In this document: one piece after another, positions 1 through 12,332 of the stretch
Layout of the letters: every line of letters begins with the position of its first letter
Position numbering within the stretch: the stretch's first letter is position 1
Assembly (NCBI GenBank): GCA_001600815.1
Contig: BCKZ01000013.1
Coordinates: 248,001-284,842, forward strand
Origin: Alloascoidea hylecoeti
Taxonomy: Eukaryota
Direction: 5' to 3'
DNA length: 36,842 bases
Position numbers and translations under genes: made by a program
Notes under the pieces: model-generated
Database searches by the model: none
Told to the model about the DNA's origin: nothing
Seen by the model: only the letters and a program-made list of their open reading frames with translations

Positions 1-1557
1 CTTCATTTTAGTGTATATAAAGGTTTTAAATGTGCACAGGCGTTGTATCTCGTATCTGAAAGTTAACAAATAGATCTTTATAAAGCAGCGTACTTACCAG
101 GGTAGTAAACTAAATTTAAATATAATTAGTAACTAACTAAATAGCTATATAGCTATGGCCAGATCTCTGATATACCACGATAGAAAATTATTGTTATTAT
201 TATATGTTATTATTATATTAAATAAACCCTATTAATTAGATATAAGACGAATTTTTAGATCTATCAAATAATTGGAATGATACCATTTAAATTAATTGAT
301 TAGATATACGGAGAAATTTAATATCAATATTATGAGTATTATATTATACTTAGCTTGATATTGCAATTGTAGAACGTTTTTTTCATTATCTTGTATAATT
401 ATATAATTATATATCTACAACGTTAATATGTTGAATTTGTGTAGGCGCGAATGTGCTATATCCTTATAGTTAAGTAGTAATTATAACGTTGGAATTGATA
501 TAATCATATTACTACAATACCGATATGTATATATATAATGGTACCTATGATAAAATGATAGATAAACTAATATCAGTATTGTGACTCGTGAGATTACTTT
601 AAGCTTCAAATTCAATTCTTCTTTATGATAATGAACAATCGAAACACCAAAAAATACTCCCAATTAGGCCATATTAAGACTCAGATTAAAAGGTATTGAG
701 TCTTGATCATGACGATCCCTTACATTTCTAATTGCGATAAATCCAATATTTAATTCGATTTAATTTAATTTAACTTTAGAACAATTAGAAAAATCAAAAT
801 AAGCGGTTTTTCCAACTCTCTTTGGATTTTGCATTTCACGCAGAACTCATCGCGTATCGCAACATTAATCGCCTCATACATTACACAACGTAAACATAAC
901 TTAATTATAATTATATAATTCATATTCCCAATGTGGACCATTCAATTTCATAGCCACAAAAAAGTATGTGTACAATTAAGCTAAACGTTATATCCTGATC
1001 AGTAAATAAGATCGTTATATCTGGTGTAGATACAAATTGAAGGTGTTAACATCATCTTATAATAGCATAATCCGCTTTCGGATTAGGTCTAAGGGGTGTA
1101 TTAATATACCAATAATTTGCTCCTGGTATGTTTCAGCTCTTGACCAATAGATTAATTGTATTAATATCAAAAAAAATCTCGAATCAATAATAACTCCGGC
1201 AAAATTGGAATAAATTGAATCCCATTATGGATAATATGGAATAATAGTTCATTACAAGGTATCTGTAGTAATAGTAATACACAGTTTCAATATCCATAAT
1301 AAGAAAATCGACTATCACATCCTGAGCTAGGTCGTGTTAATCCTCATATTTCCGATCAGATTTTGGCATTCGATTATACAAGCGAAGATCATATCAAGAA
1401 TATAAATTAAACCTCAATTCCACTCTTTGAAACTACATTTTCAAATCTTCATCAGTCTTGAGCTCTCTCTACTTAGTAACTACAGCTGACTTTAAGTTAT
1501 TAACCTCATACCTAATTATAAATTTAAAGGTTATATTACAACAATTAAACAAACACA

Positions 1558-1832
1558 ATGGCTTTTATAAATAATTCATTAACCTCATACGTTGATAAAA
1601 AATTCTTTTTATTTCTTGGATTACTTATGGTACGGGAAGTTCAAGCTCATTCTGAGGATTTATCTCAAATAATCAGTCAAGATGTAAGTCTTTAAATTTA
1701 TGATTAAAATTGAAAAGAAGATGAATTAGGCACATTGAAGCAGTACTAACTTATGATTAATTATAGGAACTTTTGAAATCATCATTAGTCTTAATATCAA
1801 TCCTAAGAGTTACATCAATCATTAATATTTAA
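1558..1832 (+). CDS. Putative two-exon micro-protein, 63 aa (exons 1558-1683, 1767-1832)
   Basis: ATG in an A-rich context (aaacaaacacaATG), 42 codons, canonical phase-0 intron, then 21 codons to TAA. Product MAFINNSLTSYVDKKFFLFLGLLMVREVQAHSEDLSQIISQDELLKSSLVLISILRVTSIINI. No homolog recognised. Confidence 0.5.
1684..1766 (+). other. Spliceosomal intron (83 nt)
   Basis: GTAAGT at 1684, TACTAAC at 1744-1750, TAG acceptor ending 1766. Confidence 0.65.
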
Positions 1833-2348
1833 TCCTCCAGTTTATATTTAGTTTTTACGGTCATTTTTATCGTTGTTGATAGGGGTTTTCACTTTGAATT
1901 TTATAAAAGGGTACATGTTTCAAAATTTCCTTCGTTATTTTCTATTTAAAATGCGTTTCTGTTTGTTATTATTATTGTTCAATATATAAAGAATCTAAAA
2001 TTTACAATTAATTGCTGTTGTCATTTAATGAATATTAACTGTAAAACCATATTAATATATAAAGCCGATTACAAAATTATTCGGTTTTTTTTTTAAAGTC
2101 ATAAGATTCTTCTACAGCTCCGGTTATGTATTTTCAGTCATCTCCGACAGAAAGCAGTCCTGCTTTAATTATGTAATGAGAATCACGTGTGCTACTTTAG
2201 ATATTGATTTTTGCTACATCCTTTGTTAAACTTAAACAAATATTTATACCACAAAAAAACTTTATGTCTGTGTTTTTCTAAAGAGGTAGTATTATTCTAA
2301 AATCACCGAAGTATATAATTCATCGTTTGGCTAGGTTCACCCATATCA

Positions 2349-3944
2349 ATGGACTCGGATGATCAAGGAACTTTACCACAGGATATCAATGACCTGGATT
2401 TCTTAGATGAATCTTTAATAAATATTGGATTGGGCAATGGGACTAATGATAATGATCTTATAGCACCGCTGTTAGATGAGATATCGCAGGCTGCTCCAAA
2501 GATTTCCAGAATAATACCATCTTCTGGTCCTATTCGGGGAGGTATAGAGATTACAATTTTAGGTTCAAATCTTCATCCAGGGCTTTCAATTTCTTTTGGC
2601 CGAAACAAAGCCCTTGTGGCTCACTGTTGGAGTGATAATACAATCGTTACTTATTTACCACCAAGTGATAAACCAGGTCCTGTTAATGTTTTTGCCGACG
2701 ACCCCGATTTCATACTATCACGTCCGAATAATAATACCACTGTGACTCGAGCCTCCTCTAGTGAGTTCCCATTACGTGATCCCAACGGGCTAATATTTAC
2801 ATATTTAGACGATTCAGATCAAGAACTGATTGAACTAGCTTTGCAAATTATTGGTCTAAAAATGAACGGAAAACTAGAAGATGCCAAAAGTGTGGCAAGA
2901 CGGATTGTTGCAGGCCATCCTAACCCTCTTGGTTCATCAATTGGATCATTTTTAAGTCATAACGGTTATCAATTTACATCTTTTGAAGAAACAACATTAC
3001 AAATTTTAAAAACAACTGTACCTAATCAGGATTCTAGAAAACGAAATTGGTCTCTTCGAAACACAAGTGGTCAGACAATTTTACATTTAGCTGCTTTACT
3101 CGGTTATGAAGAGCTTGTAAAGTTCATTATACGCCATTTAAGATCTCAAAGTGTTGATATAAATATTAAGGATAATAATGGATTGACCGCTGAAACGCTT
3201 GCGAGATTTTATAACAAATTTCAGATTATGGACCTATTAGATCATACTACTAGTAATCATGATAATCTGATCTCCAATAATAATACAAACCGTGATATTA
3301 ATAATATTGGTGATATTAGTACTCATGATAACAATAATAATATAAACAACATTACCGGCTTAAATAATCCCATAATCGATTCCTTTAATAGCTTGAAGAT
3401 TGCATCTAGAACAATAATGACCCAGCTAAGCACAACTGAACAACCTCAATCAGAACCCCCATCATATGATGAATTATATCCAGAAACCTCAGATTCTCGA
3501 AAAGATTCAACGGGTTCTATTTCATCGTCCGGTAGTAATACTAGTGGCACAAGTACAAGAACTACAACAAGCACATCATCTCAACCTCGACTCCATTCAC
3601 CGAATTCTTCCGTCAATAGACACCACAACCACCGACAACAACAACAACGGCGTATACGAAATAAAAAACTAAGAGATGATCGTATGCTAATATATTTCTG
3701 GATCCCTCTTTTAATTCTCATGATAGGACTAACTGTCCTACACACAACAAACTCTACCCCTGATTATATTTTATACTTAGAACATGAAGCCGGTGAGTTG
3801 ATAAGAACATGGTCTGGAAGAATAATATTGGGTAGTAAGCGGATCCAGGCTATGAATAGAAATAGAAATGCTAATAATAATAATGATATTGACTTTGGAA
3901 AAATATTAGAAGGAGTGGCCGATGCTTTTAATGGTGTGGTATAA
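2349..3944 (+). CDS. Mga2/Spt23-like ER membrane protein (IPT/TIG domain, ankyrin repeats, PPxY motif, C-terminal TM helix); N-terminally short
   Basis: IPT motif PKISRIIPSSGPIRGGIEITILGSN...CWSDNTIVTYLPP; family motif FTYLDDSDQELIELALQIIGLKMNGKLEDA; ankyrin GQTILHLAALLGY; PPSY; TM DRMLIYFWIPLLILMIG resembling the Mga2 sensor helix. Confidence 0.85.
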   Translation: MDSDDQGTLPQDINDLDFLDESLINIGLGNGTNDNDLIAPLLDEISQAAPKISRIIPSSGPIRGGIEITILGSNLHPGLSISFGRNKALVAHCWSDNTIVTYLPPSDKPGPVNVFADDPDFILSRPNNNTTVTRASSSEFPLRDPNGLIFTYLDDSDQELIELALQIIGLKMNGKLEDAKSVARRIVAGHPNPLGSSIGSFLSHNGYQFTSFEETTLQILKTTVPNQDSRKRNWSLRNTSGQTILHLAALLGYEELVKFIIRHLRSQSVDINIKDNNGLTAETLARFYNKFQIMDLLDHTTSNHDNLISNNNTNRDINNIGDISTHDNNNNINNITGLNNPIIDSFNSLKIASRTIMTQLSTTEQPQSEPPSYDELYPETSDSRKDSTGSISSSGSNTSGTSTRTTTSTSSQPRLHSPNSSVNRHHNHRQQQQRRIRNKKLRDDRMLIYFWIPLLILMIGLTVLHTTNSTPDYILYLEHEAGELIRTWSGRIILGSKRIQAMNRNRNANNNNDIDFGKILEGVADAFNGVV

Positions 3945-5082
3945 TATAATAATTTAACAAATATCACCTAACTTCAGTTAAATAATTGAACCAAATTGCA
4001 ACATCATGATATCACTTACGATCCCGATATCGTTTTACAAAAGTTACATTTATTATTATTCAAGATATCACTAAATTGAAAAAAACACAAAAGTACAACA
4101 AGATAGATATATATTAAATTTAAATATGTTACTGGCTCTATAAGTTAATATTATGAAATCGCGATGGAATGTTTTTGAATTTGTATTGCAAATTGCTTTT
4201 TTATTATTGTTATTGTTGCATTTTCAGCTAATTTAATTAATCAATCATTCATTATTTTAAAACGAAGCAAAAGCCTTATAATTTTTTTTTAATCGTTTAT
4301 TAAAGTTTTAAACGATTCAATTTATAGCACTGTTGTAACTTGGAAGTATAGCTCTCAGTGGCCACTTAGCCTCTACGACGATTAATCTAATTATAATTAT
4401 AAGTATCTCAATCCACAGTAAGTGGCTAGTATTATATTTGTTTAAACTAAAAGCGTACATTATTGCAATTGATATAAAGCCAAGGAAGTAAATCGATTAT
4501 TTAATTCACAAGAATTTGAATAAACAAAATATAAATATATATTAGAAGTAAAAAAAACTACGAAGCAAGGTACTTGAATCTAATATCAGGGCTTTTGGAA
4601 CCTTCCGAAAAAAGTGCATCACAAGACAGAAGTTGCGATTATTAACTTTCAACATCGTTTAGAAGTGAGGAGAGATCTAAATTTTGTGTTTCAAACCATT
4701 TGGACATCGTGGATCAAGATACCATTGATAATTTGATTGATTCTCTGCAGGAGTTAAGGGTGCCAACACCAAGCATCAAATTCAAATTGTTTATATAGAC
4801 CAATAGAATTTGTGGAGTTTGGGGAACATTTTGGACTATCTTAGGAATCGTTTAGGGTCTTGTATTTAATAGGTAGTTAAAATAATGCCATCTTTTTGTT
4901 TGGAGTGTCTCTGAAGAAGATGTAGGCCCGCCTGGTAAGCTATTTAACCTTATAAGGTTGTACCATATTAAATATTAAAATCTGCCAATATATTATATTC
5001 CTGTTGTATCATTTTAAAGCTTAAGGTTTTCTTAATCGGGAACCTTGCATCACCGAAAAACAAAACTTCAATTGCAAATTTT

Positions 5083-5103
5083 AAAACTTTTCAGTTTCTC
5101 ATC
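5083..5103. promoter_or_regulatory. RRPE-like and PAC-like elements upstream of MAK11
   Basis: AAAACTTTTCA at 5083-5093 (near TGAAAAATTTT on the - strand) next to CTCATC at 5098-5103 (GATGAG), 54-74 nt before the ATG of a ribosome-biogenesis gene. Confidence 0.55.
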
Positions 5104-5156
5104 ACCAAAACACACAAAAAGAAATAATATTAATATTTATATAAATAATTTATATA

Positions 5157-6653
5157 ATGGGAAAAAAAAGAAGTAAACCATCTTTATCAAAAGTGAAATC
5201 TCACAAGAAGGTTAAAATAGAATCACAATCTGAAGGACCGAAATCCATCCTTAAGAAAAAAAAAATTATATCTGAAGTTATCTCAACATCATCTTCATCT
5301 CCAACTACAGCTTCCCCAATTGTCAAAACTAATAATAACAAAGTTTCATCACCATATAAGAAACCAACGACATTTCGTTTAATTACAGGATCCTATGAAC
5401 ACAATTTATTATGTCTTTCTCTTTCTTTATACCCATCTGGACCTATCTTTACACCAATCTTCCATTTCGAATCACATATTCAAAGTATTAGATGTTTAGC
5501 TTGGAGTAAACGATATCTTGTTAGTGGTTCAAATGATGAGCAGATTCGAATTTATGATTTAAAGAAAAGAAAAGAATTGGGGTCTTTGATGAATCATACT
5601 GGTAGTATTACAGCATTACGATTTTCGAATAAAAATAATGCTGATATTAAGAACAACAAAAAGAATGATGATAAAGAAATAGAAATTAATAAATTAGAGC
5701 CTCAAAATTCATCAGAAACAGATGGGAAATGGCTTTTATCAGGTTCAGAAGATGGGAAAATTTTTATTTGGAGGACTAAAGATTGGGAAATTTTAGGAAC
5801 GTTAAAAGGTCATCGTGGTAAAGTTTTAGATTTATCAATCCATCCTTCAAATAGACTGGCTATTTCAGTTGGTGATGATAGAACATTAAGATTATGGAAT
5901 TTAATTACTTGTAAAAAAGCAAGTATGTTGAAATTTGGATATGATGGTGTTGGAGAATTGGTCAGATGGAGTAAGGGTGATGGAGAAAAAGATATTAATG
6001 AGAAAAATCAACAAAAATCAACGAAGAACAACGAAGAAGTAGAAGAAAAAGAAGAAGAAGAGAATCTGATTGATAAAGGTGGAGATCATTTTATTGTTGG
6101 GTTTAGAAATAAAGTATTAATATATAGTACTTTCAAAGCTGCACTTATTAAAAGATTACCATTAAGTAATCCAAAATTAACTTTATTACATTTAGAAGTT
6201 GAAATAATTGATGGCAAACAATATCTTATTCTTGGTTTATCAAATGGATCTATTGAATTTATTGAATTTAATAAAATTATAAAATCAAGTGATAATGATA
6301 TTAAAGAAGATAAAAAAGATGTTAAAGATTCAGAACAAGGAAGTATTGTTAATCCAACATTTACATTAACTGGTCATATTACTAGAGTTAAAGATTTCAC
6401 ATTTAATATTAACCCAGAAAATCAAAAAATTCAATATATGTCATCGGTTTCTTCAGATGGTAAAATTGTAGTTTGGGATTTATTAAGTGAAGATAAAAAT
6501 CAAGTTGCTGTTTATGATTCAGGTGACAGGTTAACATGTGTTATTGCAGTTCCTGAAGAAATCGAACAGGCTAGTACTATGAAAAGACGAATGAGTGAAA
6601 AGGAATTTGAAGGAACACAATCTGAAGTTGAATCGGAATATGAGTCCGATTAA
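5157..6653 (+). CDS. MAK11: WD40 60S ribosome biogenesis factor Mak11 (PAK1IP1 family)
   Basis: TGSYEHNLLCLSL, FTPIFHF..H, SKRYLVSGSNDEQIRIYDL.KRKELG, LSIHPSNRLAISVGDDRTLRLWNL; basic N-terminus. Confidence 0.92.
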   Translation: MGKKRSKPSLSKVKSHKKVKIESQSEGPKSILKKKKIISEVISTSSSSPTTASPIVKTNNNKVSSPYKKPTTFRLITGSYEHNLLCLSLSLYPSGPIFTPIFHFESHIQSIRCLAWSKRYLVSGSNDEQIRIYDLKKRKELGSLMNHTGSITALRFSNKNNADIKNNKKNDDKEIEINKLEPQNSSETDGKWLLSGSEDGKIFIWRTKDWEILGTLKGHRGKVLDLSIHPSNRLAISVGDDRTLRLWNLITCKKASMLKFGYDGVGELVRWSKGDGEKDINEKNQQKSTKNNEEVEEKEEEENLIDKGGDHFIVGFRNKVLIYSTFKAALIKRLPLSNPKLTLLHLEVEIIDGKQYLILGLSNGSIEFIEFNKIIKSSDNDIKEDKKDVKDSEQGSIVNPTFTLTGHITRVKDFTFNINPENQKIQYMSSVSSDGKIVVWDLLSEDKNQVAVYDSGDRLTCVIAVPEEIEQASTMKRRMSEKEFEGTQSEVESEYESD

Positions 6654-7878
6654 ATTTAAAAATAGCCGTCAGGATTGATATTTATTGCTTAAAAAAAAGT
6701 CAGTAGCATACATACCACATAGCTATAAGATATAAATATTTCAGATTTAATTGTTATTCACTGACGACTAATATTAGTAATAGAAAATATCGTTCATCTA
6801 AGATAGAAAACTCGATTTATTATAAATGAATCTGTTGACTAATTCTTAAATTCAAATGTAAATTTATCAAAGTCACAAGTTGTTCATAAAAAAAGGTTTA
6901 TTTTTTTATTGGCTAGCATTGATCTTTTCTAGTTCAAACTTTAATTGTACAATATTGGTATAATTTCAAACAATTACAAATTAAAACCTAAGGTAGGATT
7001 CTAATCTTGAAGGTAACTTAACTAACTTATGTCTTGGTAACTTATGTCTTTCAAATGTTAAGGAAGTGTAATAATTCTCCAGACCCTTTAAATGCGTTAG
7101 ACAACTCACTAGTTACTTATTTTTAACAATAGAAGATGAAGAAAGTGATGAATCTATGCTATTAATGTACGTTCATAACTACAAAACTTACGGAATTACA
7201 ATTTATTTGATCAGAACATATTTGGCACATTTTTAATATCAAAGTTTGGCCTATACAAGTGAAATCCTTAATCTACAAGCTAGTATTGGTGCTAAGAACA
7301 AAGAAAAGTCCTGATATTAGACATTTGAAAAAGTTTTTCATGTTTGGTTAAGTTATTGATTGTATTTTCATTTATCATTTCTGTGTAATTATATTTTATT
7401 GAGGTATACGACACCTTTTCAAACTACATGAGGAGGGCGAGTATGGGGTCGTTATCTGGGAATACTATCAAATAATATCTGCCACTAATAAGAGATGCTC
7501 ATCTTACTCTTCTACCAATACCTGGCATGGTATAGGACTATCGGCTATGCTGATGTCGTAGCAGTGTGTTTATGTTATAATTAACGTTCTGAGCGTATAT
7601 CAAATAAGTTAAGATGATAAATTAAATATAATTATGTGCGATATTTGAGTAATTGAAGCGAAAATCAGAAAATAAGACCAATAACTTACTTAAAAGATTT
7701 TCATTTATGATCATAACAATTCCTTTAAACACAAATTCAGAAAAATATCAATTAATTACTATTTATTCTATTAATTATTAATTGTTAATATATGAATTAC
7801 AAGTTAATACCACTTCTATGACTTCAACATCTTTATAAATTTAAATTAGATTAGTAAAAGTAATATATTTAGATGGAA

Positions 7879-9009
<1,131 letters not shown>

Positions 9010-9079
9010 CTAATTTGTAAAATACTTTTCAAAATACTTTTTTAGATAAGAAAGAAAAAGGAGTGGAAATTTCAAATAC

Positions 9080-9086
9080 TTTTATA
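9080..9086 (-). promoter_or_regulatory. TATA box of LYS1
   Basis: TATAAAA on the - strand, 80 nt upstream of the ATG and downstream of the Gcn4 sites. Confidence 0.5.
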
Positions 9087-9110
9087 TCCATGATTTTATT
9101 ATGTTTCGAA

Positions 9111-9165
9111 TGAGTCAGAATCATATGACTCACGATTATGTCATTTTACAGTACGTGCTGACTCA
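9111..9165. promoter_or_regulatory. Three Gcn4/AP-1 sites (TGASTCA)
   Basis: TGAGTCA 9111-9117, TGACTCA 9126-9132 and TGACTCA 9159-9165 upstream of a lysine biosynthesis gene. Confidence 0.8.
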
Positions 9166-9277
9166 TTTATTTTTTGTTTTCGTTTGTTCAAACCTTCAAG
9201 AAACACGATGAAATTTAGATTTACAAGAGAAATTATTCAATTAACAGAATAAAAATAAAATAATAAATATTATAAAA

Positions 9278-11293
9278 ATGGCACATGTTCCAGGGGCACC
9301 GAGAAGAGGAAGGAAACCTTTAAACCAACAAATACAAACACCTACAAATAATCCTGGTCCTGATCCCACGCCCACGACGCGAACCAATATTAATACTACA
9401 TCACAACAACCAAAAAGAACACCACAGTCGTCCATGTTTTCGACTCCTTCAACAGGAGGTTATAGTCCAACTTTACAACAGAGAATGACACCATTGGGCT
9501 CTGCTACTCCTAGTGAGGATGATGCGAGTGCTTCTTTGTCAGCAGGACAGCCATTATCACAGGCTGATAGATTACGATTATGGAGACACGATGCTTTAAT
9601 TCAACATCATTATCAAACTGCGGTTTATGTTGGTGACAAAGTTTTAGCTTTAACCAATGATCCTAATGATGCATTTTGGTTAGCTCAAGCTCATTATTCT
9701 AATGGTAATTACATAAGGGCAAGGAAATTATTAGAAAACCAACAGTTAGATAAATCAGTATCTTGTCGATATTTAGCTGCATTATGCTTAACAAAAATGA
9801 AGAAATGGGACGAAGCTTTAGAATTAATTGGTGAAAAAAATCCATTTATTAATGATGATATTAATTTAACACCAACAAATAATAATTCAAATCAAATTAA
9901 AAATGTAGATGGTGGGATTAAATTAGAATCATCAATGTGTTATTTACGTGGTAATATTTATGCAAATCAAAATATTCTTGATAGAGCAAAAGAATGTTAT
10001 AAAGAAGCAATTCAAATAGATATTAAATGTTTTGAAGCATTTGATCAATTAATTTCAAATAATTTATTAACACCAATAGAAGAATGGGATTTATTACAAA
10101 ATTTAAATTTTCAAAAATCTGATGATAATTCAGATTTAATAAAAGCTTTATATACAACAAAATTAAATAAATATACAAATTTATCAAAATATGAAGAAGC
10201 AAATATATTATTAAATGAAGAATATGGTTTAGGAAATAATGGTGATGTTCAATTAAGTAAAGCAAATTTATTATTTACACAATGTAGATTTCAGCAATGT
10301 GCTAATGTTTGTGAAGAAATTTTAAAAAAAGATGCTTATAATTTTGAAGTTTTACCTAATCTATTGGCTTGTTTATATGAATTAGGTGGGAAAAATAGAC
10401 TATTTATATTAGCTCATGAACTAGCTGATAATCATCCTGAAAAACCAATAACTTGGTTAGCAGTTGCAACTTATTATTTATTGATTGGTAAAGTTTCAGA
10501 AGCTCGTTCATTTTTCAGTAAGGCATCAATGATGGATCCTTTATTTTCACCTGCTTGGATTGGATTTGCTCATACATTTGCACAAGAAGGGGAATATGAA
10601 CAAGCAATATCTGCCTATTCAACAGCAGCTAGATTATTTCCTGGTAGTCATTTACCAACGTTATTTCTAGGAATGCAACATCTACAAATGGGTAATATTA
10701 ATCTTGCTGAAGAGTATTTACAAACATCTTTACATTGTTGTAATACTGATCCTTTAATTTTAAATGAACTAGGGGTTGCACAATATCATAAACATGACTT
10801 AGAGAAAGCTGAATCATTATTTGTACAAGCATTAAAAGCAGCAAGACAACTTGATTCAGACCCAAGATCTTGGCTTTCAATTTATTCAAATTTAGGCCAT
10901 ACATATCGAAGACTTGAGCAATATAACAAAGCACTTAAATGTTTTTATTATGTATTAAGAATATCACCAAAAGATGCAAATATTTTCTCAGCATTAGGAC
11001 TTGTCTATTTAAATTCAGGTCAAATTGATGAAGCAGTTGAAAAATTTAGTGATGTTTTAGCATTAAATCCAAATGATACAATTGCAACTGATTTATTAAA
11101 TAGAGCAATGAGTAGAAATACTATAAATTTAATGAAACAATCGAATTTAGATAAAATTTATGAAAAATCAATGAAAGAGGCTGAAAATATGCATATTTTA
11201 TTAAATAGAAATAATAATGGCAGTAACAGAAATACTGTTAATTTATTTGATGAAGAAAGTTCAGATGATGAAGAAAGTATGGAAATTGAATAA
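9278..11293 (+). CDS. CDC16: Anaphase-promoting complex TPR subunit Cdc16/Cut9/Apc6
   Basis: LRLWRHDALIQHHYQTA.YVGDKV, DPNDAFWLAQ, DGGIKLESSMCYLRG, FSPAWIGFAHTFA.EGE.EQAISAYSTAARLFPG; TPR repeats; S/T-P-rich N-terminus. Confidence 0.95.
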   Translation: MAHVPGAPRRGRKPLNQQIQTPTNNPGPDPTPTTRTNINTTSQQPKRTPQSSMFSTPSTGGYSPTLQQRMTPLGSATPSEDDASASLSAGQPLSQADRLRLWRHDALIQHHYQTAVYVGDKVLALTNDPNDAFWLAQAHYSNGNYIRARKLLENQQLDKSVSCRYLAALCLTKMKKWDEALELIGEKNPFINDDINLTPTNNNSNQIKNVDGGIKLESSMCYLRGNIYANQNILDRAKECYKEAIQIDIKCFEAFDQLISNNLLTPIEEWDLLQNLNFQKSDDNSDLIKALYTTKLNKYTNLSKYEEANILLNEEYGLGNNGDVQLSKANLLFTQCRFQQCANVCEEILKKDAYNFEVLPNLLACLYELGGKNRLFILAHELADNHPEKPITWLAVATYYLLIGKVSEARSFFSKASMMDPLFSPAWIGFAHTFAQEGEYEQAISAYSTAARLFPGSHLPTLFLGMQHLQMGNINLAEEYLQTSLHCCNTDPLILNELGVAQYHKHDLEKAESLFVQALKAARQLDSDPRSWLSIYSNLGHTYRRLEQYNKALKCFYYVLRISPKDANIFSALGLVYLNSGQIDEAVEKFSDVLALNPNDTIATDLLNRAMSRNTINLMKQSNLDKIYEKSMKEAENMHILLNRNNNGSNRNTVNLFDEESSDDEESMEIE

Positions 11294-12059
11294 TTATTTT
11301 TAAACTGAAAATTTGTTATTCATTAATGAAGTTTTTAATTATCTATAATAGCTAATGAATTACAGGAAGATATTGATCGCAGCAAACACCGATCAGCAAT
11401 GCTGACTAGTACATATACTCCGCCTAATCATGAATAGTTGCCCTCCGTTATAAATATAGATAACTGAAAAAATCGTTCAATTCGCATTCAATTTCCATTG
11501 TCCCTTTTTATATAACTATTTTTCAAATTTTTTCCTGTAATGATAGCTAAACAATCGTATTCATGAGCAGATCAACATGAGTGAATCAACTTCTATTCCT
11601 CTATTCTGATAATCTCAAATTGCTAATATTTAAAAGCGTTGCAATAATTAATATTAGCGTTAACATATTCGAATTCTTCGTTCATGAACAATATTCTTTT
11701 TGTAGTAAGATTATCAATGTCTCAGAAAATAGTTAAATAATAGAAATTAGCATGACCAATAAAAGTAATTTGGACACCAAATAACTTATAATCACAAGGA
11801 AAAATCATTAATATAATTTTTAAGATTGACTCTCTGCATAAGGCTGCCGCGCATGTAAAAATGTGATGTTAATATAAGATAAAATAATTACAATCGCAAT
11901 ATAAAAGATTTCAATCAGAAATTTAAATAAAAAGCAGCTCAACTCCCCTTCTACTTTTTCCTCTTCGAAAACCCCCCGTTTCTCCAACAAAGCATTAAAC
12001 GTTGTGACCCTTCAAAATAGTAAACTTCTATTTGTTATTTATTTATAATAACATCCGAA

Positions 12060-12332
12060 ATGTCCCATAGTACAAGCATGGTGATGACAACAGGTCACAA
12101 ACATAATATTTCAATTTCAAAACTTGACCTTGAAAGCCTTGAACATAAATATAACGAGGAACGAATTTATAATGAAGAGGAAGCTTTAAAAGGAGAATTA
12201 TTTACAATATTCTTTTATCTTCTAATAGTTATATTCTGTTTGGGTTTATTGGTAGCATTGTTTGCTTACCTGTTTATAAATTATCAAAGGGCTGTGGCCA
12301 TTACGGATTTGACTGTTAAGCGAATAAGATAA
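12060..12332 (+). CDS. Small single-pass membrane protein, unknown function (90 aa)
   Basis: ATG start, upstream TATAAAA near 11900 and a pyrimidine tract, one long hydrophobic segment followed by a basic tail; only sizeable ORF in a 2.6-kb interval. Confidence 0.5.
   Translation: MSHSTSMVMTTGHKHNISISKLDLESLEHKYNEERIYNEEEALKGELFTIFFYLLIVIFCLGLLVALFAYLFINYQRAVAITDLTVKRIR

Noticed and set aside
91..107. TACTTACC resembling the U1 snRNA 5' end
   Set aside because: No U1 stem-loops or Sm site recognisable downstream.
1068..1085. Short palindrome TAATCCG-CTTT-CGGATTA (CCG-N4-CGG zinc-cluster-like site)
   Set aside because: Single short occurrence; cannot be separated from chance.
2182..2310. 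Point-centromere-like layout: ATCACGTG, AT-rich spacer, CCGAA
   Set aside because: Spacer is no more AT-rich than background, the CDEIII consensus is absent, and the organism does not look like Saccharomycetaceae; more likely a plain bHLH (Cbf1-type) site.
4540..4950. Slightly GC-richer stretch with broken protein-like frames
   Set aside because: No recognisable homology, so a pseudogene call is unsupported.
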